The notes: generated from the letters alone by a model not told the origin. Numbered from the stretch's first letter, positions 1 through 9,584 are shown. The stretch is DNA of 64,000 bases from Patescibacteria group bacterium (GCA_018822435.1 JAHJKD010000003.1:1208-65207); one strand, 5' to 3'. A program made the numbers and translations.

Positions 1-20
1 ATTTTTTCATGGTGATATTA

Positions 21-974
21 TTAATTGCTTATTGCTTTGAAATTTATTTTTTGAATTTCGTCCGGTTCTTGTTTTTTAGAATTTTTTTTATCATCTAATT
101 GTTCGTCTTCCTTTTCCTTTATTGTTTCAGCTTCTTCAACAACGGCTTCAAGTTCTATGGTATTAGCGATATCATCGAAGGTATTGTACCATTTCTGAAT
201 TTCAATCGGGGCGATGCCTTGTTCGACAAAATTGTAAAACTGGTCTTGGCCAGTGGTTAACCAAACCTTGTCAGTTGGTTCACAATTAACCGGATCATTT
301 TCGAAAAGCTGACGAACCTTGTCCATGAAATTAATTTTAGGGCCAGTTAGAGTGATAATGATCTGATTTTTATTGTTGTAAAAAATTAGATTTCTTTCAA
401 ACGTGACATCACAGAGCGCATCTTTGCTAAGAACCATGAATGATTTAGCCGCTTTATCACCACCGGCAATTTCTTTTACCATGAATGAATTTTCGTGCAT
501 TTCCGGAAAATCTTCGCCTGGTTCGCCGTCGTTTAAGGCATCACGGTCATCCCGGGCAGTTTTTTTATCGTAGCCGAACAGAGATGTTTCTGATTTTAAA
601 TCATCAATTGGGCGGCTGGCAACAGAGAGGGTCACCTTATTGCTTTCAGGATCAGGACTTCCTAGTTCAATGTCAGCGGGATAAAGAAAGCTGAATTCAG
701 CTTTGCCTTCTGAATAAGTCTCCCAATCTTCAGTATTGACTTCTGAATCTGTGGTTGCGTTCGTGCCTGGAGATGCTTGTGTTGAAGCACTGGGATTTGG
801 CACCACCTTTTGGGCAGGTTCTTTGAATTTATTGGCCGAAGAATTGGCAATAAATGAAACGACTAAGCCAAATATAATAACAAGACCCGCTACAATTAAT
901 AAGGTCCGCATGGAATTTAATTTTTTCCCTTTTGTCTTTTGCTTTTTTAGGATTATTCTTTCTTTTTTAGGCAT
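21..974 (-). CDS. Hypothetical membrane-anchored extracytoplasmic protein
   Basis: 317 aa ORF; basic N-terminus, one hydrophobic helix, low-complexity linker; overlaps upstream gene in an operon-like run. Confidence 0.7.
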   Translation of the reverse strand: MPKKERIILKKQKTKGKKLNSMRTLLIVAGLVIIFGLVVSFIANSSANKFKEPAQKVVPNPSASTQASPGTNATTDSEVNTEDWETYSEGKAEFSFLYPADIELGSPDPESNKVTLSVASRPIDDLKSETSLFGYDKKTARDDRDALNDGEPGEDFPEMHENSFMVKEIAGGDKAAKSFMVLSKDALCDVTFERNLIFYNNKNQIIITLTGPKINFMDKVRQLFENDPVNCEPTDKVWLTTGQDQFYNFVEQGIAPIEIQKWYNTFDDIANTIELEAVVEEAETIKEKEDEQLDDKKNSKKQEPDEIQKINFKAISN

Positions 975-1983
975 AACGTGAAATCATTTTATCTTGAATT
1001 TTTTTATTTTTTAAAAGCAGTAATAGGAAGTTTGGAATTAACCTTCTTATTATACCTGATTTTTCAAATATTTTCATGTCTCTTTCTTGATGTTGTTTAA
1101 TTTCCAGCAATTCTTCAATTTTTTCGGATTTATAGTCTTTATCTAAGATCATGCGGGCTGTTTCCTGGCCAGTCAGCATGGCTGGGTACATACCTTCGCC
1201 CGTGAAACCGGATGTAAAGCCCCCGGCTGCGCCAATCAGAAAAACATTATCAAATTTATAACCTTGATAATCATAATTAATTAGATGAGACTGATATTTT
1301 CCTTTGGATACATCGATTTTCTTTTCTTTTAACCAAGTGCTAAAATTTTCTCTTAATACTTTAGGTTGCATATACCTGATATCGCAGGCACAACCAATAG
1401 AGTCAAACTCTTTATGCGGGAATATCCAGGCATAGCCGGAATGGAATGATTTTGTATTAAAAAATAATTCTAGGGCATTATATTTTTTTGGGACCAAATA
1501 TTGAATGCCCATTAATAATTTTTTTGATTCCAGGCCCAAATAATTCCGGGTAATTGAAGAAGCACCGTCAGCTCCGATCAAATAATCAAAGCCGATCTCT
1601 TCTTTTTTATTTAGAATTACTGATTCTTTTTTGATTTCCGTCACTTGGGCATTTGTGCGGACTTCAATATTTTTTAATTGTGAAAGCATCCATTGGCCGA
1701 GGCGACCCCGATCAACCGTAAATATAAAATTGTTTTTTTCTTCAGCAGTTACTGATTTTGAGGGTGTATGGACAACCACTTTATTAGCGGCGAAATCTAG
1801 AGTTTTTTTGGGAATTTTTAAATACTCGATATCTTTTAAAGTGAGACCGCCAGCACAAACCTTGGGTCCGATTTCAGGTTTTTGTTCTAAAAGTAAAACA
1901 GATTTGCCGGAAGCCATCAGATGGCGAGCGCAGTTCAAGCCGCCAGGGCCGGCCCCGATAATAATTATGTCGTAGGCTTTCAT
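967..1983 (-). CDS. FAD-dependent oxidoreductase, geranylgeranyl reductase-like family
   Basis: GAGPGG Rossmann motif, KVCAGGL, IGADGASS, GYAWIFP, TGEGM motifs. Confidence 0.85.
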   Translation of the reverse strand: MKAYDIIIIGAGPGGLNCARHLMASGKSVLLLEQKPEIGPKVCAGGLTLKDIEYLKIPKKTLDFAANKVVVHTPSKSVTAEEKNNFIFTVDRGRLGQWMLSQLKNIEVRTNAQVTEIKKESVILNKKEEIGFDYLIGADGASSITRNYLGLESKKLLMGIQYLVPKKYNALELFFNTKSFHSGYAWIFPHKEFDSIGCACDIRYMQPKVLRENFSTWLKEKKIDVSKGKYQSHLINYDYQGYKFDNVFLIGAAGGFTSGFTGEGMYPAMLTGQETARMILDKDYKSEKIEELLEIKQHQERDMKIFEKSGIIRRLIPNFLLLLLKNKKIQDKMISRYA

Positions 1984-2708
1984 TTGGTGTAAAATTTTAC
2001 GTAATCGAATTTTGCTTCGGTCGGAAGTTCGTCTTCATTTAACAGTCCTGTTTTTGACTTGTCGTCTGATATCCATATGTTCATAATTACCCTCTGGTCT
2101 CCTTGGGGGATGTCTTTTTTTGTTTCGTAAAGCATTTCACCATCCACATACCATTTTATATGTCCCGGCTGCCATTCAATAATGTAATCATGAAAAGCTT
2201 CTGAGGCGTCAAAATTGAGTTTAATTATCTCTGAATTTTCATCTTTTATACTGGTCCAATTATTAAAATGGATTTCGTTTGTGTTATTTCCACGAAATTC
2301 AACATCGATTTCATTAAGGCCGTTTTGATCATCTTCATAAGTAAAAAATGCTGTGATTATACCGTCTCCCTTGGCCACTTTCATTCTAGTTTCGTAGCGG
2401 CCAAATGAATAATTTTCCCGGGAGCGGTATTCCGCTCCGGAATAGTCGCGGCTAGCCTGGGGTTCGCCAGTCAGCTTTAACCTTAAGATACCATCGTCAA
2501 TGATTGCATTTTCAGGATTAAAGCGAGCCAGATTTTTGGCAAAAGTATGATTTGCCTTTTCCCACATATCATAATTTTCAGAATTGAAATTGTCTTCCCA
2601 GATTAAAACCCAGCCATAATCATCACTAGCAATAATAGCAGGATTGTTGCTACTACACCCGGCCAGCAAAAAGGGAATTATAATAAAAAAAATAAAATAT
2701 TTTTTCAT
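1980..2708 (-). CDS. Glycoside hydrolase family 16 lipoprotein (beta-glucanase/lichenase-like)
   Basis: Lipobox LAGC; catalytic EIDVE motif; FHDYIIEW and WYVDG. Confidence 0.88.
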   Translation of the reverse strand: MKKYFIFFIIIPFLLAGCSSNNPAIIASDDYGWVLIWEDNFNSENYDMWEKANHTFAKNLARFNPENAIIDDGILRLKLTGEPQASRDYSGAEYRSRENYSFGRYETRMKVAKGDGIITAFFTYEDDQNGLNEIDVEFRGNNTNEIHFNNWTSIKDENSEIIKLNFDASEAFHDYIIEWQPGHIKWYVDGEMLYETKKDIPQGDQRVIMNIWISDDKSKTGLLNEDELPTEAKFDYVKFYTK

Positions 2709-3760
2709 GGCAGTAATTTTAATATTGCATCAATTACGATTTGTGGCTGTTTGAATAAGATATCATGGTCACTTTCTTCAGCTACTAATAATTCAGAATT
2801 TGTTGACATAGCGGCCAGGTCTTCCTGCACGCTTATTTGGGCATCACGATATTCCTGATTTTCTGATTCAGATAGTTGGGGAATTTCAGCGATCTGGCCG
2901 GCCCGAATGATTATCAGGGGCGTGTCGCCAAAGTTTTCAATTTCCCGGGCTTGACGAGCAGAAAGATCCTGGGATTCCAATTCTTGGCGCATTGTTTCCC
3001 AATGTTGGGAACGGGCCAATTCGGCTTCGTATTCCTCTTTTATATCATTAGGAATATCTGCAGAAATAAATGGTGCATATTCTGCAATACTATCAATTCC
3101 AGCCAGCCGGATTAAACCGAATTTTGCAGCGGTTTGAAATAATTGAAAAATAGTATCAAGAGAAGAATTTAACTGAATAACCTGGTCAGGAGAACGGGCA
3201 TCAAGATCTTCATGAGCAGAATCAACTAAAACCATACCCATAACTTCATTACCATGATTTTTTGTAAAAAGCCTGGCATTAAGGCCGCCCAAAGAATAAC
3301 CGGCGATAATAAATGGTCCTTCAGTTTCATTTATTTGATGCATTAAAAGATGAAGTTCATCTGACATTTGTTGGGCAGTGCGCTCGATGCTGGAAGGTTC
3401 TGACCAGCCATAACCGGGCCGGTCAAAAGAGCATACTTTAGAATATTGAGATAATTCTGATTGTATATAGCGCCAGTCAAGTGTACTTCCACCCATACCG
3501 GACTCAAGGAGAATAATAGGAGAGCCTTCGCCAGTGCAGTATAAGTGCATGTCCTGCGAATTCACTTTGTATATTTCACCAGCGGGAGAAAATAATTCTT
3601 GGTCAGCTGCAACATTGCGTGACTCCATGAACCAGCCTATTAGTAATAAAAAAATTATCAAACCAAAAAGTATTGCGAGAATAATTCCAAAAATTTTTCC
3701 AAAACGGGACTTGTTTTTTTGCTTTTCTCTTTTTTTTAAATTTTCACCGCGATGCGACAT
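2705..3760 (-). CDS. Alpha/beta hydrolase with N-terminal membrane anchor
   Basis: DRPGYGWS, GYSLGG nucleophile elbow, C-terminal SDH. Confidence 0.85.
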   Translation of the reverse strand: MSHRGENLKKREKQKNKSRFGKIFGIILAILFGLIIFLLLIGWFMESRNVAADQELFSPAGEIYKVNSQDMHLYCTGEGSPIILLESGMGGSTLDWRYIQSELSQYSKVCSFDRPGYGWSEPSSIERTAQQMSDELHLLMHQINETEGPFIIAGYSLGGLNARLFTKNHGNEVMGMVLVDSAHEDLDARSPDQVIQLNSSLDTIFQLFQTAAKFGLIRLAGIDSIAEYAPFISADIPNDIKEEYEAELARSQHWETMRQELESQDLSARQAREIENFGDTPLIIIRAGQIAEIPQLSESENQEYRDAQISVQEDLAAMSTNSELLVAEESDHDILFKQPQIVIDAILKLLP

Positions 3761-3810
3761 ATGATTATGGAGGCGGATTTAGCGAAATCCGCTTTCATTT
3801 TTTTAATTGA

Positions 3811-4143
3811 TTATTTAGCGCAGTCTGCGGGACAGTTTTCCGGAGTTTCCGGACAAGGGCAACCGATGGCCATACAAACTATTTCTTGGCAGACGCCATC
3901 ACCGCATAAGTCTTCACAGCTTTTCCCTTCGGGATTTTCCGGAGGGATGACCGGGGCTTGCTTTTCATTAGTGAAGCTCCGGCCGCTGTCGGTCATGCAT
4001 TGTTCGGGATACGACTCCATGATCGGATATCCGGCCGCGGCGCACTCCTCGAAGCTATTGATATCCGCATCTTTGTCAGGAGCAGCAGCGCAGCCGGCCA
4101 GCACGATCGCTGACACGGCGGCCAGCAGTAATATTTTTTTCAT
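3811..4143 (-). CDS. Small Cys-rich lipoprotein
   Basis: Lipobox LAGC; FEECAAAGYPIMESYPEQC and CGDGVC...CPADC repeats. Confidence 0.7.
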   Translation of the reverse strand: MKKILLLAAVSAIVLAGCAAAPDKDADINSFEECAAAGYPIMESYPEQCMTDSGRSFTNEKQAPVIPPENPEGKSCEDLCGDGVCQEIVCMAIGCPCPETPENCPADCAK

Positions 4144-4148
4144 AGATA

Positions 4149-5096
4149 TTATTTGAAAGTTTTAAAATTTTTCACAAATTTTTTATCCAGCAAGACAATT
4201 CCCAAAGACATAAGTGCCAGGGTAATAATTCCGGCCAAGCCCACCATGCTTCCAAATAAAGGATTGGGATTGATTATAAAATATATGGTCATGCCGGCCA
4301 TGCCATTGAGCATGCCATGAAAAGCGGCTGCGCCTAAAACAGTCCTGGTTTTATAGCGGGCGTAAATAAAAGGCAGGGTCAGGCCCGTGGTAAACAAGAT
4401 CATCATGAGCGCACCCAACCAGGAATATCCGGGATAGTTGTAGCCTTGTAAAATTATGGGTGCGTGCCAGATACCCCAGATCACGCCAATCAATAAAGTT
4501 ACTTTAATTAATCCAAGCTGCCGGAGTTCGTCTAATAATAATCCGCGCCAGCCCAGTTCCTCACCTAATGCAAAAATTAAATTAATTGAGAAACCAACGA
4601 TGATTCCAGAAAAAATACTGCCAAAAAATAATAACAGGGGAGTAAAGGGAAGATTGTTAACATCAGTGGCTGCGTCTTGTCCGATCAGGCTGTTCACATC
4701 AGCCTCGTCGAGCATTTGTTGCATATTGGCTTTCATATCCGAATTTGAAAAACTTACCCGGCCAAATTCTTCCATACCGAGAACATTTCCAAATAAACCG
4801 GCGATATTAAAAGTGAGAAGCACGAGAGTGATCATTAGAATAATAGTCAGTATGATTCCCCAGAGATTAATATTTTTTAAAGTCAGACCATAATCAGACA
4901 GTTTTTTCTTATAAACCAGTTTTTGTAAAATAATTACAGCATAAGCAGGAGCAGGCATGAAAACAACCGCCAATACAACCATATAAACCAAAGACCCGAA
5001 CTGTATATCAAGTAAGTACATGATCAAAGCTATTCCCCAGGAAATAAAAAAAGTAATGCCTAAAAACTGCAGGATTTTTTTCCAATTGATATTCAT
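4149..5096 (-). CDS. CPBP (CAAX/Abi) family intramembrane metalloprotease
   Basis: EELGWRG, WGIWH and HGMLN motifs; multiple TM helices. Confidence 0.9.
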   Translation of the reverse strand: MNINWKKILQFLGITFFISWGIALIMYLLDIQFGSLVYMVVLAVVFMPAPAYAVIILQKLVYKKKLSDYGLTLKNINLWGIILTIILMITLVLLTFNIAGLFGNVLGMEEFGRVSFSNSDMKANMQQMLDEADVNSLIGQDAATDVNNLPFTPLLLFFGSIFSGIIVGFSINLIFALGEELGWRGLLLDELRQLGLIKVTLLIGVIWGIWHAPIILQGYNYPGYSWLGALMMILFTTGLTLPFIYARYKTRTVLGAAAFHGMLNGMAGMTIYFIINPNPLFGSMVGLAGIITLALMSLGIVLLDKKFVKNFKTFK

Positions 5097-5175
5097 ATTA
5101 TGTATATTTTACCATTTTTTTAATTATTTGCCGAATTCATGGTAAACTTAAATATATAATTTTAAAAATAATAAA

Positions 5176-5547
5176 ATGCAAAAAAAGAAGGATCTTGTAA
5201 ATTGGGCAAAAGAAATAGACGCTTCGCTTATTGTGATTGATAAAAATAATATTATTATTGAAATGAACGACAAGGCCAAAGAGATTTTTAATGAAAAAAA
5301 GAATAAACTGATCGGAGATAAAGTTTTCAAATGCCACCCGCCTTTTGCCCTTAAAAGAATAAAAGCTCTAATAAAAAAGAGAGAGCCGGACGTTTATACT
5401 ACTCAAACAAAGACGCAAAAAACTCTTGTTTACCATACGCCCTGGTATATAAATGGAAAATATATGGGTTTTATAGAATTGGAAGTTCCTATTCGCAGAG
5501 ATATGCGCAATATTTTGCGTGGTGATTTTGGATATAAAGAATATTAA
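5176..5547 (+). CDS. Standalone PAS-domain protein
   Basis: IVIDKNNIIIEMNDKAKEIF...LIGDKVFKCHP PAS signature. Confidence 0.75.
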   Translation: MQKKKDLVNWAKEIDASLIVIDKNNIIIEMNDKAKEIFNEKKNKLIGDKVFKCHPPFALKRIKALIKKREPDVYTTQTKTQKTLVYHTPWYINGKYMGFIELEVPIRRDMRNILRGDFGYKEY

Positions 5548-5578
5548 CTGCACTTTCATCAACTAGGAGGGACCCACC

Positions 5579-5992
5579 ATGATCCACCGGAGTATTGTAA
5601 TTCTCGCGGCTTGGGCCTGTTTGGTCATAGCCATTCCCGCTCACACCCAGGACGAGGAGCCAGTCACGTTTGAGCGACTGGATAATGCAGGGTCGTTCAA
5701 AAGGAGCGACGGACGGATGTATTACTTCGTGCCGTTTGAAAGAAACGGAGCAATGCCTCTCATGTTCGCTAAGAAGATGCCAGATCTGGCCAACATGTAT
5801 ATGCTGGCGATGAGTGAGGCCTGGGGCTTGGCCAGCCTTGAAGATGTAGACGCGGTCATGGTGATGTGCGTGCAGTTTCCAGAAGTGCAAAAACATGCCG
5901 CCTGCATTTCGTTTTGGCAGCGGGATTCCCTTAAGGAGGGGGAGGAGTCCGCTGGTGTGGTGTTGGTTTCAGAGCCGTTGCCGGTTCTCTGA
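5579..5992 (+). CDS. Hypothetical secreted protein, GC-richer than its surroundings
   Basis: Signal peptide; AGGAGG upstream of ATG; hairpin downstream. Confidence 0.6.
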   Translation: MIHRSIVILAAWACLVIAIPAHTQDEEPVTFERLDNAGSFKRSDGRMYYFVPFERNGAMPLMFAKKMPDLANMYMLAMSEAWGLASLEDVDAVMVMCVQFPEVQKHAACISFWQRDSLKEGEESAGVVLVSEPLPVL

Positions 5993-6044
5993 ATCAGGGG
6001 TGCCTTGGAGACGTAAAAAACCTCCGAGGCGCCCCTTTGTCTTT

Positions 6045-6404
6045 TTATTTCTTGTAAAACTGCATCATTTTTCGCTGGGAGACGAGAAGACAGGCCCAAG
6101 CCGGGATCGAGAAGAATATGGAAAGCGCCGCTGACACGGATGCGTATAGGGCATTATGAGTAGCTATATCAGGACTTAAGAGATTTCCGGGCGGGGCGCC
6201 GATGCCGCAGGCGAACCACTGCCCGAAGAACAGGAACATGTACCCGAAAACGCTCCATATGGCGGCCGTGCGCAAAGGCCCGTCAGATAATTTATAGACT
6301 TTCATCCAGTTCCAGATGACCAGGATGAAAAGCACCATGCCGATGATGGCAAAGATCCCGAAATAGAGCCACATCCAGGTAGGATGGCTTAAAGGAAAAT
6401 TCAT
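6045..6404 (-). CDS. Hypothetical membrane protein (3 TM)
   Basis: Hydrophobic 119 aa ORF coupled to the upstream ORF. Confidence 0.6.
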   Translation of the reverse strand: MNFPLSHPTWMWLYFGIFAIIGMVLFILVIWNWMKVYKLSDGPLRTAAIWSVFGYMFLFFGQWFACGIGAPPGNLLSPDIATHNALYASVSAALSIFFSIPAWACLLVSQRKMMQFYKK

Positions 6405-6634
6405 TATGTTACCCTCCTTTCTTTATGTCCAAAAATTAAAGCACCAGTTACCATAAGGGCGGCGCCAAGAGGCGGCGTCAATAATTGAAAAAGTCCGAAT
6501 GATTCATTATCCACCGAAAGCGGATAGGGCAAGGGGATCCCGGCCATTGCCCATAAGAAAGAGAAGGCCGTGTAAACGAACATGACAATGATTCCCAGAA
6601 CGAAGATTGTTTTTCCCAATGTTGTTGCTGGCAT
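6404..6634 (-). CDS. Hypothetical membrane protein (2 TM)
   Basis: 76 aa hydrophobic ORF starting just after the last GTTATATG core site. Confidence 0.6.
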   Translation of the reverse strand: MPATTLGKTIFVLGIIVMFVYTAFSFLWAMAGIPLPYPLSVDNESFGLFQLLTPPLGAALMVTGALIFGHKERRVT

Positions 6635-6718
6635 AATTTTTAGAGTTTTTTATTAAAAAATTTATTTATTACCTATTAATTAAAATATTTCATATAACGT
6701 TCGTGTGTATGCGATGTT

Positions 6719-7357
6719 TTATTTCTTTTTATTTTTTGAAAGATCTTGAGCCGTTTCTTCCAATGCTGATTTAATTATTGATTGTAACTCTTTAAGATCA
6801 CCCTGGTCAGCGTTTTGTAAAGCTTGAATATATTTTTTCCTTCCGGATTTAGTTTCCACTTTTAATTCCATTGGCGGTAAATTCAGATTCAAGAGAATAA
6901 TATTAATTAACAACCGTCCCATACGGCCATTGTAATCCTGAAAAGGATGAATCCATAAAAATCTATGATGCGCCCAGGTAAGCAGTTCAATTAATTCATC
7001 AAGAAATTTTCCATCATCTATTTTGGGAAGATTTTCCATCCTGACTTTAATATCTTCACACAGATCAATCATTAATTGGGGCACTAAAAAAAATTTTGGC
7101 GGAGTGTGATCAGAAATGTTTACCTCAATTTTGCGGAATTTACCGCCAAATTCAGGAAATATCCAACTAAAACCGACTTGATGTACTTTTTTAAGAAAAG
7201 AGGGAGTAATGGGTATTTTGCCTGATTTATATTTTTCTAAAATAAAATCCCAGGCTTTTTTAATGCCTTCAATTTCAAGGGGTATTAATTTAGAGCGGGG
7301 AATAACGCCAAAAGCAGTTTGCTTGTAGCTCGTTTCGTCTTTTTTCTTCCCGGTCAT
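6719..7357 (-). CDS. Fic-domain AMPylase toxin
   Basis: Canonical HPFQDYNGRMGR Fic motif. Confidence 0.92.
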   Translation of the reverse strand: MTGKKKDETSYKQTAFGVIPRSKLIPLEIEGIKKAWDFILEKYKSGKIPITPSFLKKVHQVGFSWIFPEFGGKFRKIEVNISDHTPPKFFLVPQLMIDLCEDIKVRMENLPKIDDGKFLDELIELLTWAHHRFLWIHPFQDYNGRMGRLLINIILLNLNLPPMELKVETKSGRKKYIQALQNADQGDLKELQSIIKSALEETAQDLSKNKKK

Positions 7358-7359
7358 AA

Positions 7360-7533
7360 TTATTTGGATTTGCTAATGACTTTCTGGACCATCTTTCTCG
7401 TGGTAGTGGGGTTTTCTGTTTTAGTGGTTCGGTAAATCATTTTTTCTTCAAATGCACGAAAATTATCTTGCCGTTCCTGGGAGGAAGATTTCCTATATTT
7501 TTTAAGTAATTTAATGATATTTTGCTTGCTCAT
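7360..7533 (-). CDS. Fic antitoxin (VbhA/FicA-like), about 57 aa
   Basis: Directly upstream of fic; TTKTEN fits the (S/T)xxxE(G/N) inhibitory motif; ATG at 7533 preferred over the TTG at 7575. Confidence 0.75.
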   Translation of the reverse strand: MSKQNIIKLLKKYRKSSSQERQDNFRAFEEKMIYRTTKTENPTTTRKMVQKVISKSK

Positions 7534-7541
7534 ATATTTAA

Positions 7542-7569
7542 AGTATAGCAAAAATACTGAAAAAGTCAA
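7542..7569 (-). promoter_or_regulatory. Sigma70 promoter of the TA module, probably giving a leaderless mRNA
   Basis: TTGACT-16 bp-TATACT with extended TG; -10 ends 8 nt before the ATG. Confidence 0.65.
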
Positions 7570-7673
7570 TTTCAAAAATTAAAATAAAAAGAAATAAAAT
7601 ATGGGTGAAGTGAGGAGGAGGTACGACGACGAACGGAACCGCATACACGCTGTTAAACGAAGTCAAGAAAAAT

Positions 7674-8219
7674 CTATGTTATATAATTTATTATTTTATG
7701 AATTACATTGAGCTTCTTTTGATCATACAATTCATCTATTGAAATTAAGTTCTTACAATCCTGAATTCTATCAATATATAAAATAGCATCAAGGTGATCA
7801 ATCTCATGTTGAACTAATCCTGCGAGTTTCCCTGAAAAATTGTACATACATTTTTTGCCTTGATTATTATACGCTTTGATAGTGATTTTTTTAAATCTTT
7901 TAACAAAGCTGCGCAAATAGAAAAAACTAAGGCATCCTTCACGGTTATTGATTAATGCTTTAGACTTTTGAATGATTTGCGGATTGATAAAAATATTAAA
8001 CTTTTCTTGATGATATATAATTATTATACGAACAGGATACCCTAATTGTGGCGCACAGAGCCCATTCCCATGGGAAGATGATATTCTTTTTATTGCCTTC
8101 ATTAATCTGATAATTTTACGAGATATCATCTGGACATCTTTTGATTGAATAGACTTAAGAGGTATCCTTTTAGATTTTTTCCGTAGGATAGGATTACCTA
8201 ATTGAAGAATTTTTTTCAT
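7674..8219 (-). CDS. def: Peptide deformylase, cassette-borne second copy
   Basis: GNGLCAPQLG, EGCLS and QHEIDHLD motifs. Confidence 0.88.
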   Translation of the reverse strand: MKKILQLGNPILRKKSKRIPLKSIQSKDVQMISRKIIRLMKAIKRISSSHGNGLCAPQLGYPVRIIIIYHQEKFNIFINPQIIQKSKALINNREGCLSFFYLRSFVKRFKKITIKAYNNQGKKCMYNFSGKLAGLVQHEIDHLDAILYIDRIQDCKNLISIDELYDQKKLNVIHKIINYIT

Positions 8220-8240
8220 AGAAAGATTTTTCTCGATTTT

Positions 8241-8334
8241 GTTTAACGTTCCTGGCTATGCGATGTTGCGACCGAAGGGAGCAATATGGGTGAGCTCTCT
8301 CGAAAGAGAGCGAACCGCATAGCCAGTGTTATGT
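8241..8334 (-). other. attC-like site 4 (94 bp)
   Basis: GTTTAAC-GTTC-ctggctatgcg, two hairpin arms, cgcatagccag-T-GTTATGT. Confidence 0.9.
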
Positions 8335-8382
8335 GTTGTAATTAAATTCAGCGAGCGAAGCGAGCTATATTATTGGGGTAAT

Positions 8383-9201
8383 TTATTCTTCGAAAATTTT
8401 TTCAAAGAATTTAACACGAGATTGTTTTGGATTGGGTAATAACATAATTTCTCTTAGATTTTGTATTTTACCATCTCTGATGAGTTCGGATAATATATCT
8501 AATACGGTAGAATTCTGGCCAAATATAACTCCGCCCGGCTTACATACTCTAACCATTTCTTCCATGAGGGCATAGTTATAATCTGATTCCGGTGGAGTAC
8601 CCTGCTTGGGACGAATGATAGTGTCGTCCATTCCATTGATCACCAAATTAGCTGAATCAGACGGTGCCGTGGCAAGAGTTAATAGCACATCGTCATTGAT
8701 GTAGTAACCATTATCTAAATTCGGCATTCTGATGGATTCTGGATTTGCTGGCGGGAGTGTGTGTTTGGCCTTAGCATTTTTTGAATCAATACCGATATAT
8801 TGACTTGCTCCAAATTCTTTGACTATGTTGCCAATAGAAAAATTCGCATCTTGTAAGACTCTTTCACCACAACCTAAGTCAATTAAGATTTGTCCATTTA
8901 GCTTTTGCTGTAGATATTCTTTAATTTTTTGTCGGACTTCTGGCGACGATTCCCCATAGGGACGACTCTCTTCGTCACCCAATCCTGCCCAGTAGTCAGC
9001 GAACTCGGTTTGATAACCTCCAAATTCTGTGTGCTCAATTATCTTGGTATATATAATGAGTCTGAGCTTTTCATCAAAATTTTCATCTTTATTCCAGTCC
9101 TCAGCTTTGCTAAGAGGCGGAATTAGATTTTGGATACGGAAAAAATTTCCGATATCAAATTGACTTTCTTGTTCTCTTCTTGGTCCTCTTTCAATGCTCA
9201 T
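8383..9201 (-). CDS. Class I SAM-dependent methyltransferase-like protein
   Basis: LIDLGCG motif I, YIGID, RVCKPGG. Confidence 0.65.
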   Translation of the reverse strand: MSIERGPRREQESQFDIGNFFRIQNLIPPLSKAEDWNKDENFDEKLRLIIYTKIIEHTEFGGYQTEFADYWAGLGDEESRPYGESSPEVRQKIKEYLQQKLNGQILIDLGCGERVLQDANFSIGNIVKEFGASQYIGIDSKNAKAKHTLPPANPESIRMPNLDNGYYINDDVLLTLATAPSDSANLVINGMDDTIIRPKQGTPPESDYNYALMEEMVRVCKPGGVIFGQNSTVLDILSELIRDGKIQNLREIMLLPNPKQSRVKFFEKIFEE

Positions 9202-9269
9202 ATTTCAAATAATAAATTGCCCCAATAATATACTTTTCTGCGACAGCAGAAAAGGAATTTAATTATTAC

Positions 9270-9396
9270 ACATAACGTTCCTGCGTATGCGATGTTTGCC
9301 AGTGGTATAATTGCACGAAGTGCTTACCACTGGCAAATATGGGTGGAGGCTTGCGGAGGTACGGAGCAAGCCGTAACCGCATACGCAGTGTTAGCT
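9270..9396 (-). other. attC-like site 3 (127 bp)
   Basis: ACATAAC-GTTC-ctgcgtatgcg, two arms, cgcatacgcag-T-GTTAGCT. Confidence 0.9.
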
Positions 9397-9460
9397 GATG
9401 TATTCCTTTTCTTTTCCGACGATAGTCGGTTGTTTTAAAAATTTTCAAATTTCTTTTTCC

Positions 9461-9581
9461 GTTTTGGGTGGTGGGCAGAGGGGAATTAAAGGGGTGAATG
9501 CCCGCCACCCAAAACACCTATTTCTGGTTTGAGGGAGGGGCAAGAGGGGAACAAAAGGGGTGAATTGCCCCGACCGAAAAC
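9461..9581 (+). repeat. Two tandem hairpins with near-identical 21-nt purine-rich loops
   Basis: Loops gaggggaattaaaggggtgaa (9478-9498) and gaggggaacaaaaggggtgaa (9544-9564). Confidence 0.75.
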
Positions 9582-9584
9582 TCT

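Larger units (their letters stand above)
6692..7658 (-). other. attC-like site 5, expanded to about 967 bp, with a Fic TA module in arm 1
   Basis: Plus strand: ATATAAC-GTTC-gtgtgtatgcg (6692-6713) ... cgcatacacgc-T-GTTAAAC (7640-7658); arm 1 stem 6714-6735 pairs with 7581-7602. Confidence 0.85.

Noticed and set aside
6714-7602. IS or MITE insertion disrupting attC
   Set aside because: No transposase or target duplication; the inverted repeat begins with the conserved arm-1 sequence atgtt/aatat
8241-8334. attC-like sites as tRNA, ncRNA or terminators
   Set aside because: No tRNA motifs or U-tracts; wobble pairs favour the plus strand, which is not the mRNA-like strand; cores chain between sites
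9266-9517. ORFs spanning attC sites (also 19454-19666, 19548-19736, 20828-21025)
   Set aside because: They lie across structured recombination sites and have no protein motifs; likely spurious
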